Of a stretch of DNA of 64,000 nt, positions 25,965-38,617 are shown piece after piece. The DNA is from Minutocellus sp. GHC0000111. Taxonomy: Eukaryota. The notes beneath the pieces were generated by a model. The model searched no databases and had not been told where the DNA came from. It saw nothing but the letters and a program-made list of their open reading frames with translations. The stretch covers positions 1,736,001 to 1,800,000 of the forward strand of contig OZ361259.1 of NCBI GenBank assembly GCA_977018835.1. Direction: 5' to 3'. The position numbers and the translations under genes were made by a program. Each line of letters opens with the position of its first letter. Positions within the stretch are counted from its first letter, which is position 1.

Positions 25965-27843
25965 CTAGCTAGATTCATTGGAGTCTAGTTCTGAAGCCCT
26001 CCCCTTGACGGCCACGGTGTCTCGTACACGTCGAAGTCTTCGCGAGAGTTGATTCGTTCGTTGCTGAAGACTGACATTGTCATTGTCGTAGATATCGGAT
26101 GCTTTCACCCCCTTCCTCATTGGTGGAAATACGAATCCTCCAGCAACGAGGGCATCATACGATGTCATGGTGGGGTTTTGCACCTTCGCCTCAACCGCTC
26201 GATTCATGCGTTCGTCACCGTTCCGGCCGCACCGGCTTCTTGTGTCTTCAATGATCTCAAGTGCGAGAGCAAGATCTCTGCTATGATAAGAGGGAGGGCT
26301 CGATCTCTTGCGCTTGGCAACTGGACCTGCCACATTCGTATCATTCGCGGCACCCGGGTGAGTGCCGATATCAGAAGCTTTGGCGAAGGTCAGGCCAACA
26401 AAATTTCGTCCTCCCCTCTGGAGGGCTGCCTCACCAGTGAAGAATTCGGTATACTCTTGGGCTAACCGAAGATGTATCCAGTCCTTTCGATTCAATCGGA
26501 GCTCCGTGAGCGCCTCTTTCATCAACGACTGGGGAAGGCCATACTCTTCCAAAGACCCCAGGACATCCTCGTCGTCTTCGCACTGATGAACGACGAGTCT
26601 CTATCGGAGCTTCTTGCCTATGTCAAGCTTGATGATGGGAAGGACCTCTCGAAGAGTGAAGTCGCTGGGACGGACGATGTGGATCGCGCGAAATGGAATA
26701 GGGAATGCCTCGAGCATCAATAGGGCTTGGTTGATAACTGCTAGGGGGTGGAAGCTGGCATCGGCGACGCCCTGGCAGTTTATGATGAAGACAGCTCCCT
26801 CCTGCTGGGTCGGAGGGGAGCAGTAGTCGCACAGGCACTCTAACATATACCATAGCTGCAATGTATGTAGGAACAGTCGAAAGAAGAAATAATTGAGCCG
26901 TTTCGTTTATACCTCCGGCCTAGTATCAACGATTTACGAACGCATGCAAACTCTGCCTTACCTCCATTTTATTGCTTTCTGTGACCCCGGCCTCCAAGGT
27001 CGACGGAGAAAATCGAGAAACGAGCACCTTCCTTCCAGCAACATCCCGGCCGGAAAGTATGTGGTGCCTTGGTCGTTCGAGCATCGATGATACTTGATCC
27101 TTCATAGTGCCGTGGAGGGCCATGGGTAGGTAGCATCTTTCTTCCCCAAAGGCACGGCGGCGCTCTTCCCAATACTCGACGATCCGCTTCGCCGCAAGTC
27201 TGGTGTCGTTGTCGCAATGACGAATCATAGCAATCTGACGAGAACGACCGTAGGGATCACTTGGCGAGGCGTCAGGGCACCGACGTTCAACCGCCTGGAG
27301 GTAGGAAGCCTTCTCCCCATCTGGTATCGATCGGAGTTCTTTATCGAGCCGGTGGAGAAGATCCTCCGAGGAGGACTCATCGTCGTCGTAACCGGACACT
27401 TGAATTTGATCGGACCCGCGCTTGCGCCGCCGGGAATTAACCTTGGCTATGGCCTCCTGGATCAGTGCGTCGTGTTCCCATCTGATCCTCTCGTTTGGAT
27501 CACCTTCGACGTCGCAGCTGGTAATGCCCTTATCGCTAGCAGGAAAAGCATACGAGGCTGCTTCGCGAGGAGAGACGATACCTCGGCGGTCGCATTCTGC
27601 CTCTATCAGCTCGATGGGTGTCAGGGCATCTTTCTCTCTGACCTCGTCTTCGGCGGTGAAGCTAGGTCCGCGAGATGCCGCTGAGGCCGGCGTCGTCGAT
27701 GATGTTGTCGCTGTCGATCCGGTGGGCTGTCTTTCACGCCCGGAGCCCTGTCCGGAGCTGTGGGTGGTGGCTGTGGCCGAGCCACTGTTGGAGCCGTCGG
27801 TGCAGCTGCTTGATCTGTCGCCGGGATTGCGAGATGAAGCCAT
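25965..27843 (-). pseudogene. CRAL-TRIO-like plus C-terminal domain, paralog C, with in-frame TAG; exons 27843-26962 and 26855-25965
   Basis: Colinear with paralog B. TAG at 26601-26603 where B has CAG (KKLR*RLVVHQ vs KKHRQRLVVHQ). The downstream frame stays open to 25965. Confidence 0.8.
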
Positions 27844-29400
27844 AGTCAAGTGGTAAAAGCGATGTCAAAGCGGCGACGAAGCGAATTGGATGGCCTGAGG
27901 GAATTGACTGGCGGCACGAGGGTTAAAAGATGGGTGGGAGGTAAAATAATAGTCAGACAGGAAAAGGCGGTAACGCAAAGGGCGCGGCGATTCTCCCGGC
28001 GATGCACCAGAAATAAACGCATCAAGACATATCAGTTCGGGCGCACCTACGCGTGGAGCGTCTTGATATCCTTGGCCATGGATGAAAGAGAGCAAGGGAT
28101 TAGCCAGGAAGAGAATAGAGTCGTTCAGTCTCGCTCTTGGGAGGACCGGCGAAGAAAACGTATGTGCCACCAACTAAATCAAAGCCCAAGCCCATGGCAA
28201 TAACACAGAAATTTGCAGAAAGATCCAGCACCTACCAATTTTGTCCCGGCGATATTTCACACCAATGCCCCGGGCTGATTGAGAGAGATGATAGTCGGGT
28301 TGGTGGCGCTCGACGGTAAACAATTCACAAAAAAACAATGAGTGGGATTGAATCTCCTTCCGGCCGCGCATTAGACATGCTAAGGACGGCGCCAATTTGG
28401 ACCCTCTTCTTCCTAGCTACGCACAGCCGCTTGGTTGCTGGGAACCAGAGGCGTACGCCTAAGTTTACGCAAAGGCTCTCACCTGGCGAGTGTGTGCATC
28501 GCCAGGTGCACGAAGCCGTGATCTTCGTGTTAGTCAGCGGCCTTCAACTGAACTGAGAGCGTCGGTTCTTCCAAAAATTGCCCACAAAAAAGAACGGTGG
28601 AAAATAGGTCTACGTAAAGTAAAAAAAGAAAGACTATTATTTTCTTTAAGAAATCAAGAATTGAACAATTCCCAAAACTATATTAATTACTGCAATTCCA
28701 CTTACCTCAGAAAACACGGTCTTTTCCCAACGCATCAGAAAGTCAAGAAGAACGAGAAAGTTCCCGTTTTTTGTGCTCATTTTTCACAATAGGCTTCGCG
28801 ATCCTTCACAAGGCCGAATTTCTGACGCGGAAGGCCTGTATCTTTTCGAAAAGTTCTTACCAGTGTCCCTAATAAAGGTGGCATATGTATTTTCTCCTCA
28901 AAAACCACTGACTTAAATAAACAGGCACACCTCGGACACTCGGGATGGTGCTTTCTTTGAGTGGAGCAGAGAGCTGGGCTGGGATGCTGTTGCGCTCCTC
29001 GATACACTTGCACGTACATAATTGTGCAATGAACTTCGAGCATAGCGTTGTATGGACGTGAATACATCGATTTGCTTACCTGGGGCTTCGCGGGTGTGTT
29101 GATCCAAGACACCGAGGATTGCCGCCAAGAGAAAGTAGCAGAGAAGAAGTGCTCGAGCAGCCGAGCAGAGGCATCTGAGTTGATCTTCCAACCTCGCCGA
29201 CCATTACTGATTCCGTGCCTTTTATGCCACGCATCGAGTTGAACTAACTAATCATCGTCTGCGGTTTCCTTCACAACAGACGTTTGCACATCTTGTGCCT
29301 GGATGCAGATGTCGATGCATGACGAAACTAAAGGGTGTAACTAGCTGGTATAACTACTATCCAGACTGAGCGACCAAGACACAAAATACCAACACAAACA

Positions 29401-32400
29401 ATGGCCGACGAATACAAGCATGCTGCCGCATCACCACCCGGCAGAGCCCGTGTAGCCGATCGGCATCATAGTCACCAGCACCAGTCGGCAACAGAAGCCG
29501 AGGAATCGGCCAAGGCCAAGAGAGCAGCGGCCATCCGCCAGCTGCACCAGCATCTGACCGAGCAGGGACCACGGTACCGCCGTCGAAACGTTTTGGAAGA
29601 TGATGAGAGTAGTGAAAGTGGCTCGTCGAATTCTAATTACAACGATGTCGATGATGATAACAACTATTATCATGGAAGAGCGGCTGATGGGCATGAAAGA
29701 GTTGCGGACGAGGACGGCGTTGTTGACGATGACGATAATGACAGTGTGTCAGTCCTCAGCATGTTTACCAAAAGGTACGAGGACATTGTTCGCCCAGATA
29801 ATTATAGCCACGAGGAAGATTCGGACAGTGAAAGTCCAACCCCTCGACGGCCACCTCGACGTATATCTGTCATTACCAAAAGGAAAAGTGTCGAGAAGAA
29901 CGATGCTGCCGATAAAGAATATGATGGACTCTCGGACGAATCAGAGGAGGAGAATGAGGTTGACGACGGCCCTGCTAAGCAGCGAAAGCAGAGGAAGGGT
30001 TTGGCCGGGTTTCTCAAACTTGCCCATGAAGATAATCCGCGACAAGGAAGTGCTGGATCTTTGTCTTACGACGAAATTATTGGCAACAAGCAGTTTCTCG
30101 CACCGCAGAACGATTTCGATGCCATCGAACATCAGAAGACGTCAGGTGTTCTCGTCGACTTCCAAGCAAAGGCAGGCGAGGGACCGCTCAGGAGAAGACG
30201 GAGAAGGAGCTACCAGGACGACGACGACGACGACGACAACCACAACGACGATTATAAGGAGGTTGATCACGGTCGCGATACAGCGAAAGAATTGAAAGAG
30301 CTGGAGGAGGAACTTGCCTTGCTCAGGAAACACAGGACGATGCGGTCGGCCCAGCCATATCCGATGACTCACGACGCCGAGGAAAAGGAAAGGGATGACA
30401 AGTCTCAGTCGCCACCTGCCATGAAATGGGAGAGCACAAGAGGACAGTCTGGTCTCGCCGTAGTAGTCGCCTTTCAAGAGATTCGTCGAATGAACGGTCT
30501 GCCATCCTCAACGCCGCTCTTCATGATAGCAATATCAGTGCAGGTGGGAGTGAGTCCGACTTCCCCGGAGGTCAAGACGCCGGTAATGGAAATCTGAGCA
30601 CTGGTGACCTAAGTGGAGATATCACCGCCGGTTTGGAAGAGCTACGCCGTCGAATGGCCACAGCCAATACCAAGGCGAAGCAGGACCCGAGCTCAGCATC
30701 AGCTACGGAGGTTCAACCGGAGTCGAACACTGCTCGCCGTGGCAGCATGACTCGGCGCGGTAGACGCCATAGCAGTGGCATCATGAGACGTTTATCAAGC
30801 GGACTCAGCGCCGAATGTAGTGGCGACGAAATGGAGGATTTTGGCTTAAGTGGGCCTCTCAAGGGACGCATCTCCAAGAAATTGATGGGCAGCCTTCAGA
30901 GTATGGACAGCGTTGAGGAGGAAGCCCTGGAGGTGAAAAGTGTCGGCGAGATCATGGAAGACTTTCCTCAGTAAGTGCTCTTTCACTTTTTAATGTGTCA
31001 TATCCAGCTTTTTGCATGTTCTCATCTCGAACATCACATTTGCATGGATTCACTCACAAAACCGACCGATCTCAAAGGGCAAGCTATGAAGTCAATGACC
31101 TCAAAGGTTCGGACAATGAGGACGCTCCTAGGCGGCAACCTAGACGCATCAGCCGTCGTAGATCCTCCATGGTAGAATCAGACGACGAGAGTATTAATTC
31201 ACGATCATCAATGGCATCCAACGCATTTTCTGCAGTCCTATCTCTCGCCGAAGAGCTAATGGTAAATTCCGATGATATGCCCCTCGCCGCAAGGAGCGTC
31301 GATCTACCCACCATGCCAGAACAGACGCAACTTAGACGGAACAGGTCGGTTGCGTCGGCATCTTCTGTAGGCCCCGATATTGCCGATAAACAGCACCAGA
31401 AGAGAAGATCGAGCTTCGACGCAGGGGCACTTGGTGACCTTCTGGTTGGTAAGAGCAACTATCTCAAAGCTGTTGAGATGGAGGAGGACGCTCTTCGCGG
31501 TGGCCTCGGCCAGGAAGATTTTCATGCTTCCATGCTTCTATGGGACGCCAACAAGTCCTCGAAAGCTAACGCGCCCAATGAATCCAAGGGAGGACAGAAC
31601 AAAGACCAGGACCATCATTTCAGTGGATATTTGAACGATTGTATTCCCGAGATGGAGGAAGAATTACAAATCCCAGATGCGAACAGTGGTCATGGTCTGT
31701 CTGACCGGTCAGCGCGCTCTCTACAAAGGACAAAATCGGTAGACGCCTTCCCATCAAGACGCCTCAAGAGCCGACGAAGGAAGTCGAGAGATACTAGCAG
31801 TGCACATTCTGTTAACTCTCTGAACACTTCGGAGTCACTGGAGTTTTCAGAGCTCGCCGAGAAGTCAATGCAAACGGAGGGATATGAAGAGGCCTCCACT
31901 GATTTTGCCGGAAGACCAAGGAAAAGCATCCTCAAACACATGTCATCCCTGTCTCTGGAATCCCTCGATATTGAGTCCAGAGTCATTGAGCTCGACTTGA
32001 CCGACGACCTTGCAAATGAGAAAACGTCGAAGAATGAACGATCAGCGATCAAACGCCGCTCAGCCCAGCCTCGTTCATCGATATCATCCATACCCTGAGT
32101 CGTTTTACATGCCCTTGGCGACGAGATGAAGGGCGAGGACGAAGAAGCTTCCAATAACAAAGAGGTCAAGACTGCCATCCGGTCGTCGGGACAGAGAGCT
32201 TCTTCTCGAGCCTCAATCTCGTCCATACCGTCCGCCGTGCTTAGTGCACTTGAAAACGAAGTGGATGGTGACGCTGATTTGGAAGTTGATGCACAAGACG
32301 ACGTGGCCATTGGAGATGATGCCCCACCGAATCCATCGACGAGATCACGACCGCAACGATCTCGCTCCTCTTCGTTTGCATCCGTTCCATCTGCTGTCCT

Positions 32401-33192
32401 TGATACCCTTCAAAGTGAGCTAGCAGTTGAGGGTGCCATCGATGAACAGCCAGAGCGTCCAGCTGACAACAGGGACAATTCGAGCAAAAATCACATATCG
32501 AAACCATCTTCTTTGCGCGAGCTCCAATCTCGTCCTGATCCAGCAGAAGCTTCCAGGCAACCACCTGAGGACTCATCACCCGAGATGGAGACCGAATGTA
32601 AGATCAAGGGCCAAGTCGCGAGGAAAGGATCTTTGGATGCCCTATTGGGCCTATTGCCAAATCTAGAGGACGAGTTGGACGAGGAGGCCGACGGCATCTC
32701 GCTACCTCCTACACGACCTCAAGGAGGCAGGGAAATACGCCAGGCGTTGTCCTTCGATAAGCTGAAGGCGATAGTGAATGATTCTCTCACAAAAGTCGCG
32801 CCGGATGACAACGGCGTTGATAACAACGATTCCAATTCCACCTTTGGCAGCTTTGATAAGCCAAATCGACCGCGAGAGCGATCATCATCGTTGGGGAGGT
32901 TGAAAGATATCATGGGTGACCTCGTCGGGGACGACAGCAATAGTTCGTTGCCCAAAGCACCATTAGCTGCCCCTACAAACAAGGGAATGTTGGCATGCAT
33001 GGACAGTACTCGCGCATTTGATTACGACCATGAGTCTTCGATCATGCAAGCTATGGGAAGAGAGGCGCCTGCTCATCCCGTGCCGTTGCAGAAAAGGAGG
33101 AAAGACGCAGGAAGCTCAGCGCTGGAAAGGCAGGTTTTGGTGGAATGTTTCAAAGCATCATGGCCAATCTGGGCTCGGAGGAGGCCGACTAA
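29401..33192 (+). CDS. Large acidic/Ser-rich unknown protein with several apparent disruptions; intron 30971-31077
   Basis: Four consecutive coding-like ORFs (398, 182, 367, 356 aa) are linked by a frameshift at ~30455, a GTAAGT...AAAG intron, an in-frame TGA at 32096-32098 and a probable frameshift at ~33080 (true end GGMFQSIMANLGSEEAD*). Many RRxS motifs. Confidence 0.65.
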
Positions 33193-33948
33193 ATAGCATG
33201 CCAATGATAACAATGAATGAAAAGTCTATATTATACAAACTAAATAAATCAAGCTACGTTATGATGCTACTATGGAGTCCAGCCAAAAACTCTGTACAAC
33301 CTTTCTCCGAAGCCCCCTCTTCTGACGATCTGATTTGGCCTCATCAAGTTGACTTTCAATGATCAAGGGACTCACGGCGGCGGACGCGATAACGTTCTTG
33401 GCAGGAGGGCCCAACCCATCCGCCTCGGCCTTGACACCAGCAGCGTGTTATCTGTTCGTCTTCACCGCATTTCCCCCGGGGCAATATTACTTGACCTACG
33501 TAGCTGGCCATAAATGGTACAAAGTCCTCGTACTGCTCCCGTTGATTGATTCTAACTAGCTAGCTAGCAATCTTGCTATTTGGATTGTACATGCTGCGAT
33601 CGAAGAGAAACGACAACACCAAGAAGACAGAAAGGAAACAACAATCGGCTTGGTTAGATTGTAGATATCCGCAAAATTCCAATCGGATACACGTACGTGT
33701 TCCCAGCTGCTCAAGGGGCAGGCAAATTTTTTAGGTATCTCATCCATCATAGTCGGAATCTGACATCACGTTGCGTTGGGACCATAGCCGCTAAACTACG
33801 GTCCCATCAGACAATGTAGATAAAATGTAACAATCACGTGGATGTATGGACAAATGAAGAAATAGCGCACATGCATGGAAATGCAGGAATGGCATATTTC
33901 CGACGCAACCAACACAGCTACCGGACGGACCACCGATAGATAGCAAAC

Positions 33949-33981
33949 GCCAGAGCCAGAACCAGAGCCAGAGCCAGAGCC
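33949..33981. repeat. (GCCAGA)n hexamer microsatellite
   Basis: gccagagccagaaccagagccagagccagagcc. Confidence 0.85.
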
Positions 33982-34665
33982 CAAATCCAAATCAACATGG
34001 CACATTGTACATCCCTAAGATGAAATAATTTTTTTTGTACACTTTAACGTCGAATCAACATGACTTTGTGTCAGTCCGCCCGACGGGCATGTCTTCATTG
34101 GGATATAATGCATGTGTATGTTTTAGGCTTCCTGGGTTTGGGTTTGGCTTCGGGCTGACGCGGCCTCGGGCTCCTCTGGACTAAATTTTTCATGCCAAGC
34201 AAATATGCCAGCGAAACGAAACGGAACATGCATGGGCCGCAAATGCCGCACGGCCGAAACCAATCTTACCTTGTGGTGGTGATGCCATGGCACGGCATGG
34301 AAGCGCCCTACGTACTACTAGTAGTAGCGTGGGTGTAGCTAGCTAGCCTAGCTGCGCAGCTGCGGCAGACTTGCCGCGCTCGAGGGCTGCTATGCTATGC
34401 TGTCTTTCGATCGAGCGACCGGTCATCATGGCACATATCGTGCGAGGCCGGATCCCTCTATCTGCGCCGCACGCGGTCATGCAGCAGCGCCTTCCTCATC
34501 TCATCTCATCTTGCTGGATTTCTCCATTTGCGTGGTCGGAAAAATGAGATGGCGGGGGCGGGGCGGTTCGACGGAAGGACGGTCGGACCAAAAACTTCGC
34601 ACACGTGTCGTGCCGGCTTTCCTCGCTGCCGCTGCCACATTTTTCTCCCAGCCTCGTCCGCAACT

Positions 34666-37303
34666 ATGACGGCCCCCACCCCCACCAATCCTCCCCCCAG
34701 TACCTCCGCCCATCCCCTCCTCGCCGGAATCCGCCGCACCCTCGGCCCCGCCCTCGCACACCGTATCGCCGCCTCCCCCATCCTCCTCATCGGTGCCGGC
34801 GGCATAGGCTGCGAGCTGCTGAAAAACCTGGCCCTCTCCGGATTCACCCGGGTCACCATTGTCGACCTCGACACCATCGACGTTTCCAACCTCAACCGGC
34901 AGTTTTTATTTAGAAGTCAGCACGTGGGACAGCCCAAGTGCGCGGTGGCGTGCGAGGTTGGACGGGCCATGGCGCCCGCTGCGGCTGCTGGTGAAGGCGA
35001 AGATGGCGTGCAGTACCAGGCCCTGCACGGCAACGTGTGCGACACCGCCACCTTCAACGTGTCGTACATCGGCCAGTTTGCCCTGGTGCTCAACGCCTTG
35101 GACAACGTGACGGCCCGCCGGAGGGTCAACCGGCTGTGGTGAGTGGATGCTGCCGGCCGGTAGTTGTGCCGGTTTATGTGTGTTGGTTGGTACAAAGTCG
35201 TCTAGTCTCGTTGTTGGAATGGAGCGGAAGCCTCCGATATATCTGCCATGTCATGTGACCATTGACGGGTTGTTGCAGTCAGCGCGGGATTGTGGGATCG
35301 GATCGAATCGTTTCGTTTCAGAAATGGGGTCGGATCGGACGTGTTCCGCGGAGCTCCTGCCCTGTGCGGAGGAGAGGGCCGAATGCATTGCGTGTGCTGC
35401 TTCACCAATGTTCCGTTAGACGCTGGGCTCATCGTATAATATATCGCAAAACTTTCGAGGGGGGGACGACGGAAACCAACAAAAAACCCATTCCCTTCAC
35501 TCATCACTCACTCTTACCTTACACATCTATCTATTTCTCCGTCGTTCCTTGTATACTCCGATGTATGCAATGTAACCCAACCCCAGCCTCGCCGCCAAGG
35601 TGCCCCTCATCGAGGCCGGGACGACCGGCTACCTCGGCCAGGTGACCGTCATCGACAAACCCTCTCAAGTGGAATGCTACGAATGCCAGACCAAGCCGAC
35701 CCAAAAGGTGTATCCCATCTGCACCATCCGATCGACGCCCAGCATGCCGGTCCATTGCATCGTATGGGCCAAGGAATTGTACAAGCTGCTGTTTGGGGAC
35801 AAGGTCGAGGACAGCATGCTGTTTGAGGATGAGGAGGTTGGCAAGGAGGGAGAGGATGGTGAGGATGGCGAAAAGAAGGAGGGCGGTGAGGGTGATGGTG
35901 ACGAGGAAGAGGAGCCCAGTGGACCGTCCACGTACATGGAGCCGGTCACGACCCTCCGTGCTCTGCTTCGGGGAGGTGACGGGGATGGTACCACCGCCGC
36001 ATCCGTCCAGGAACAGGCCGCCACGGTCCTGACGGCCCTGTATGCCACGGAAATCACCAAGCAGATCGACATGGGACGGTACAAGACGGCCGCCAAGGTT
36101 CCGGCTCCACTGTCGTCGGACGATCTGGCCGCCGATTCTGCCCCGCCCACGGCTCGGGAGGGATACGATGCCACCGACATTTGGTCCAAGAAGGATTGCA
36201 CCACCGAACTTGTGGCGTGCATCACACAGGCGTACGAGACGTACCAGTCCGTCGGTGAGTCTGGCGTCGCCCCGGCATTCGACAAGGACGATGAGATGGC
36301 CATGCGGTTCGTTACCGCTGCCGCCAACCTTCGTCAGTACGTGTTCAAGATCGATCCCATCCAGAGCCTGTACAGCGCCAAGGGCATCGCCGGCAACATC
36401 ATCCCCGCCATTGCCACGACCAACGCCATTGTCGCCGGGTTGCAGATCTTGCAGGCCTTCCACGTCCTCCGAGTCCAGCTCGATGCCGACGAGAAGAAGG
36501 GCAGTGACGACGCTAACGCTGCCGCCGCCAAGGAGGCCGAGGGACGGTACAAGTCCTGCTGCCGCACCCAGTACTGCCTGCGCAACCCCACCCGGAAGGG
36601 ATTCCTCCTCCAGCCCTCCCCGCTGGCCGATCCCAACCCCAAATGCTTCGTGTGCCGCAGCGCCACCGTCGACGTTACCCTGGACACCAAGTCGTGGACC
36701 ATGGAGCAGCTCCTGAAACTAATCATCAAAGGTCAGCTGGGATTCGCCGAACCGACCATCCTAATCAATGGCGATCTGGTCTACGAGGAGGGCGACGGGG
36801 CCGAGGAGGACTACGTGTGCAACCTCCCCAAGACCCTCGACCAGCTGCCCGCCGGTGGCATTCGCGGGGGTACCGTCGTCCGCGTCGAGGACTTTACGCA
36901 GGACCTCGAGGTCGATCTGGCCTTTGTCCACAAGGACGATTGGGACGCCGACGAGGCGTGGAAGGACAAGGATGTCGAGCAGCGCTACATTGTCGGTGGG
37001 GACAAGCCCGTTGCCGCTCCGGTGGCTGCTGCTGCTCCGGCCGCTGCCGACAAGGCCGGGGAAGAGAAGAAGGACGAGGATGACAAGCCCGCCGCCGCCG
37101 CCGATGAGGACAGTGACGACGACGAGATCATCATCGAGGAGGATCCCGCCCCGCCGCTCAAGAATGGCGTCATCTCCAAGAAGCGCAAGGCCGAGGCCGC
37201 TGCCGACGAGGGAGAGAGCGGTGCCGAGCTGAAGAAGGCCAAGAAGGATGACGTCGTGGCGGTAGACGAAGCCGCCGCCGACGATGTTATCGAGATTGAA
37301 TAG
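34666..37303 (+). CDS. UBA2: SUMO-activating enzyme subunit 2; exons 34666-35138 and 35587-37303
   Basis: IGAGGIGCELLKNL, DLDTIDVSNLNRQFLF, NALDNVTARRRVNRLC, CYEC Zn motif, catalytic YPICTIRSTPS, AGNIIPAIATTNA, PNPKCFVC, VEDFTQD, NLS KKRK and terminal SIM-like DDVIEIE. The intron restores RLC/LAAKVPLIEAGTTGYLGQ. Confidence 0.96.
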
Positions 37304-37393
37304 ATAGCGGGATATTGCATTTTAGTTTGTCGCTTTATATATATTTCCTATCTTTGGCTAGTTACGCCACGCCATGTGCCGCCTGTGCAAAGT

Positions 37394-38265
37394 TCAGTGC
37401 TGCATGTGCATCACAAGCTCGTAGATATCACCACAAAGACTCTCAACGAAAGATGGAAGAAAGGCATTCAAAGCAGCTTGAACAGCAACGATTCCGCCCA
37501 TCTTATTGAACAGGTCTAAATGCTCGGAAGCTGCAACAACATGAGCAGCAAAAGACATACGACTATGCATCGCAAATACTATGTGGCCAAGTCCTCTATC
37601 AGATCGAATTTCAGCCATCCATTGAGCTAGCTGGCTTTCCACAGAGGAACTTTCCAACCTTCCCCCCCCCCTGCTCGAATGAAGCCATCGGCATAATCAC
37701 GAAGAGCTAGCTGCGGATCAATGGAGCCATTTTCAAGACCTCTGAACTTCTCAACGAGGTTGATAAGCGCAACAAACTCGCTAATTGACTTCATCTTGGC
37801 CCTGATTATCGAGCGCAAAGATCCCACCCGAGGATTTCCCGCACAGAACATGCACAAATTGCTGAGAGCAGGCCGGCTAAGCTCCCATGTTGGGAGAGTA
37901 ATAAACTCCAGATAAATCATCCCCTCCTCGGCATTGTGCGAGCGAGAACGAGCCTCGAGCATGATGTCCATCAGAAGCGCTAGTCCCAAATTGCTGCAAC
38001 CTACGGTGCCATCTTCAGGCAGCGCCGTATCTTTCTGATTTACTTGGAGTGCTGGTACTTTACGCACGGAGAGTACTTTACATGTACGAGAAGACCGTTT
38101 GTGGGAACGAACCAACGTTGCAGATGGGGCTTTTGTGGGCGTCGGCCTGTTATCGGCGAGGTCATGATCGGGGCTAGCTAGTTTCATCCTACTGATCCAT
38201 TCCATAAAAAATGCAATGGACCAGGCCGAGACTGCCATGAGGGCGAACCAGATACTATCGACCAT
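37394..38265 (-). CDS. Unknown protein with N-terminal hydrophobic helix; probable frameshift in a C10 run at 37662-37671
   Basis: ORFs 37627-38286 and 37394-37657 abut at a homopolymer. Hydrophobic start MVDSIWFALMAVSAWSIAFFMEW. Confidence 0.5.
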
Positions 38266-38597
38266 GTTGCCGCTATGTTCGACCAAATGTCTATCGTTGA
38301 TTCTCGCCTATCGCTGATTCATTCATTCAATTCAACTCTATTGTGTTTATCGCAAACCAACTAACATTTTTGACCGCGCTCGCTAAAATTGTACAAGTAA
38401 CTCAGTTCACATGCAAACTTTCCCCTCAAAACGCCAATACTTGGTTCCAATCATGAGGCCGTTGGGTGACTACCAAGCCACTTTCCTGCCCTCATTCAAA
38501 GAGCAGATACTAGAAATTGGATGCGACCTAGTTCCAAGTCTGGGCACATGCAGTCAAGGCGGGGAGGATTGATCGATAGATTGGCAGAAGTGGGCTG

Positions 38598-38615
38598 AAC
38601 CCTAACCCTAACCCT
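38598..38615 (-). repeat. Three interstitial telomere-like (TTAGGG) units
   Basis: aaccctaaccctaaccct, 2 nt beyond the UBX gene stop codon. Confidence 0.7.
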
Positions 38616-38617
38616 CT

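Noticed and set aside
12684..28785. Shared ttttgtgctcat word at ~12739 and ~28769 as MITE ends
   Set aside because: The match is too short and AT-rich; no TIR or TSD could be defined.
35531..36463. 310-aa minus-strand ORF, and similar overlapping ORFs at 2554-3360, 15192-16127 and 47857-48846
   Set aside because: Antisense to well-supported genes.
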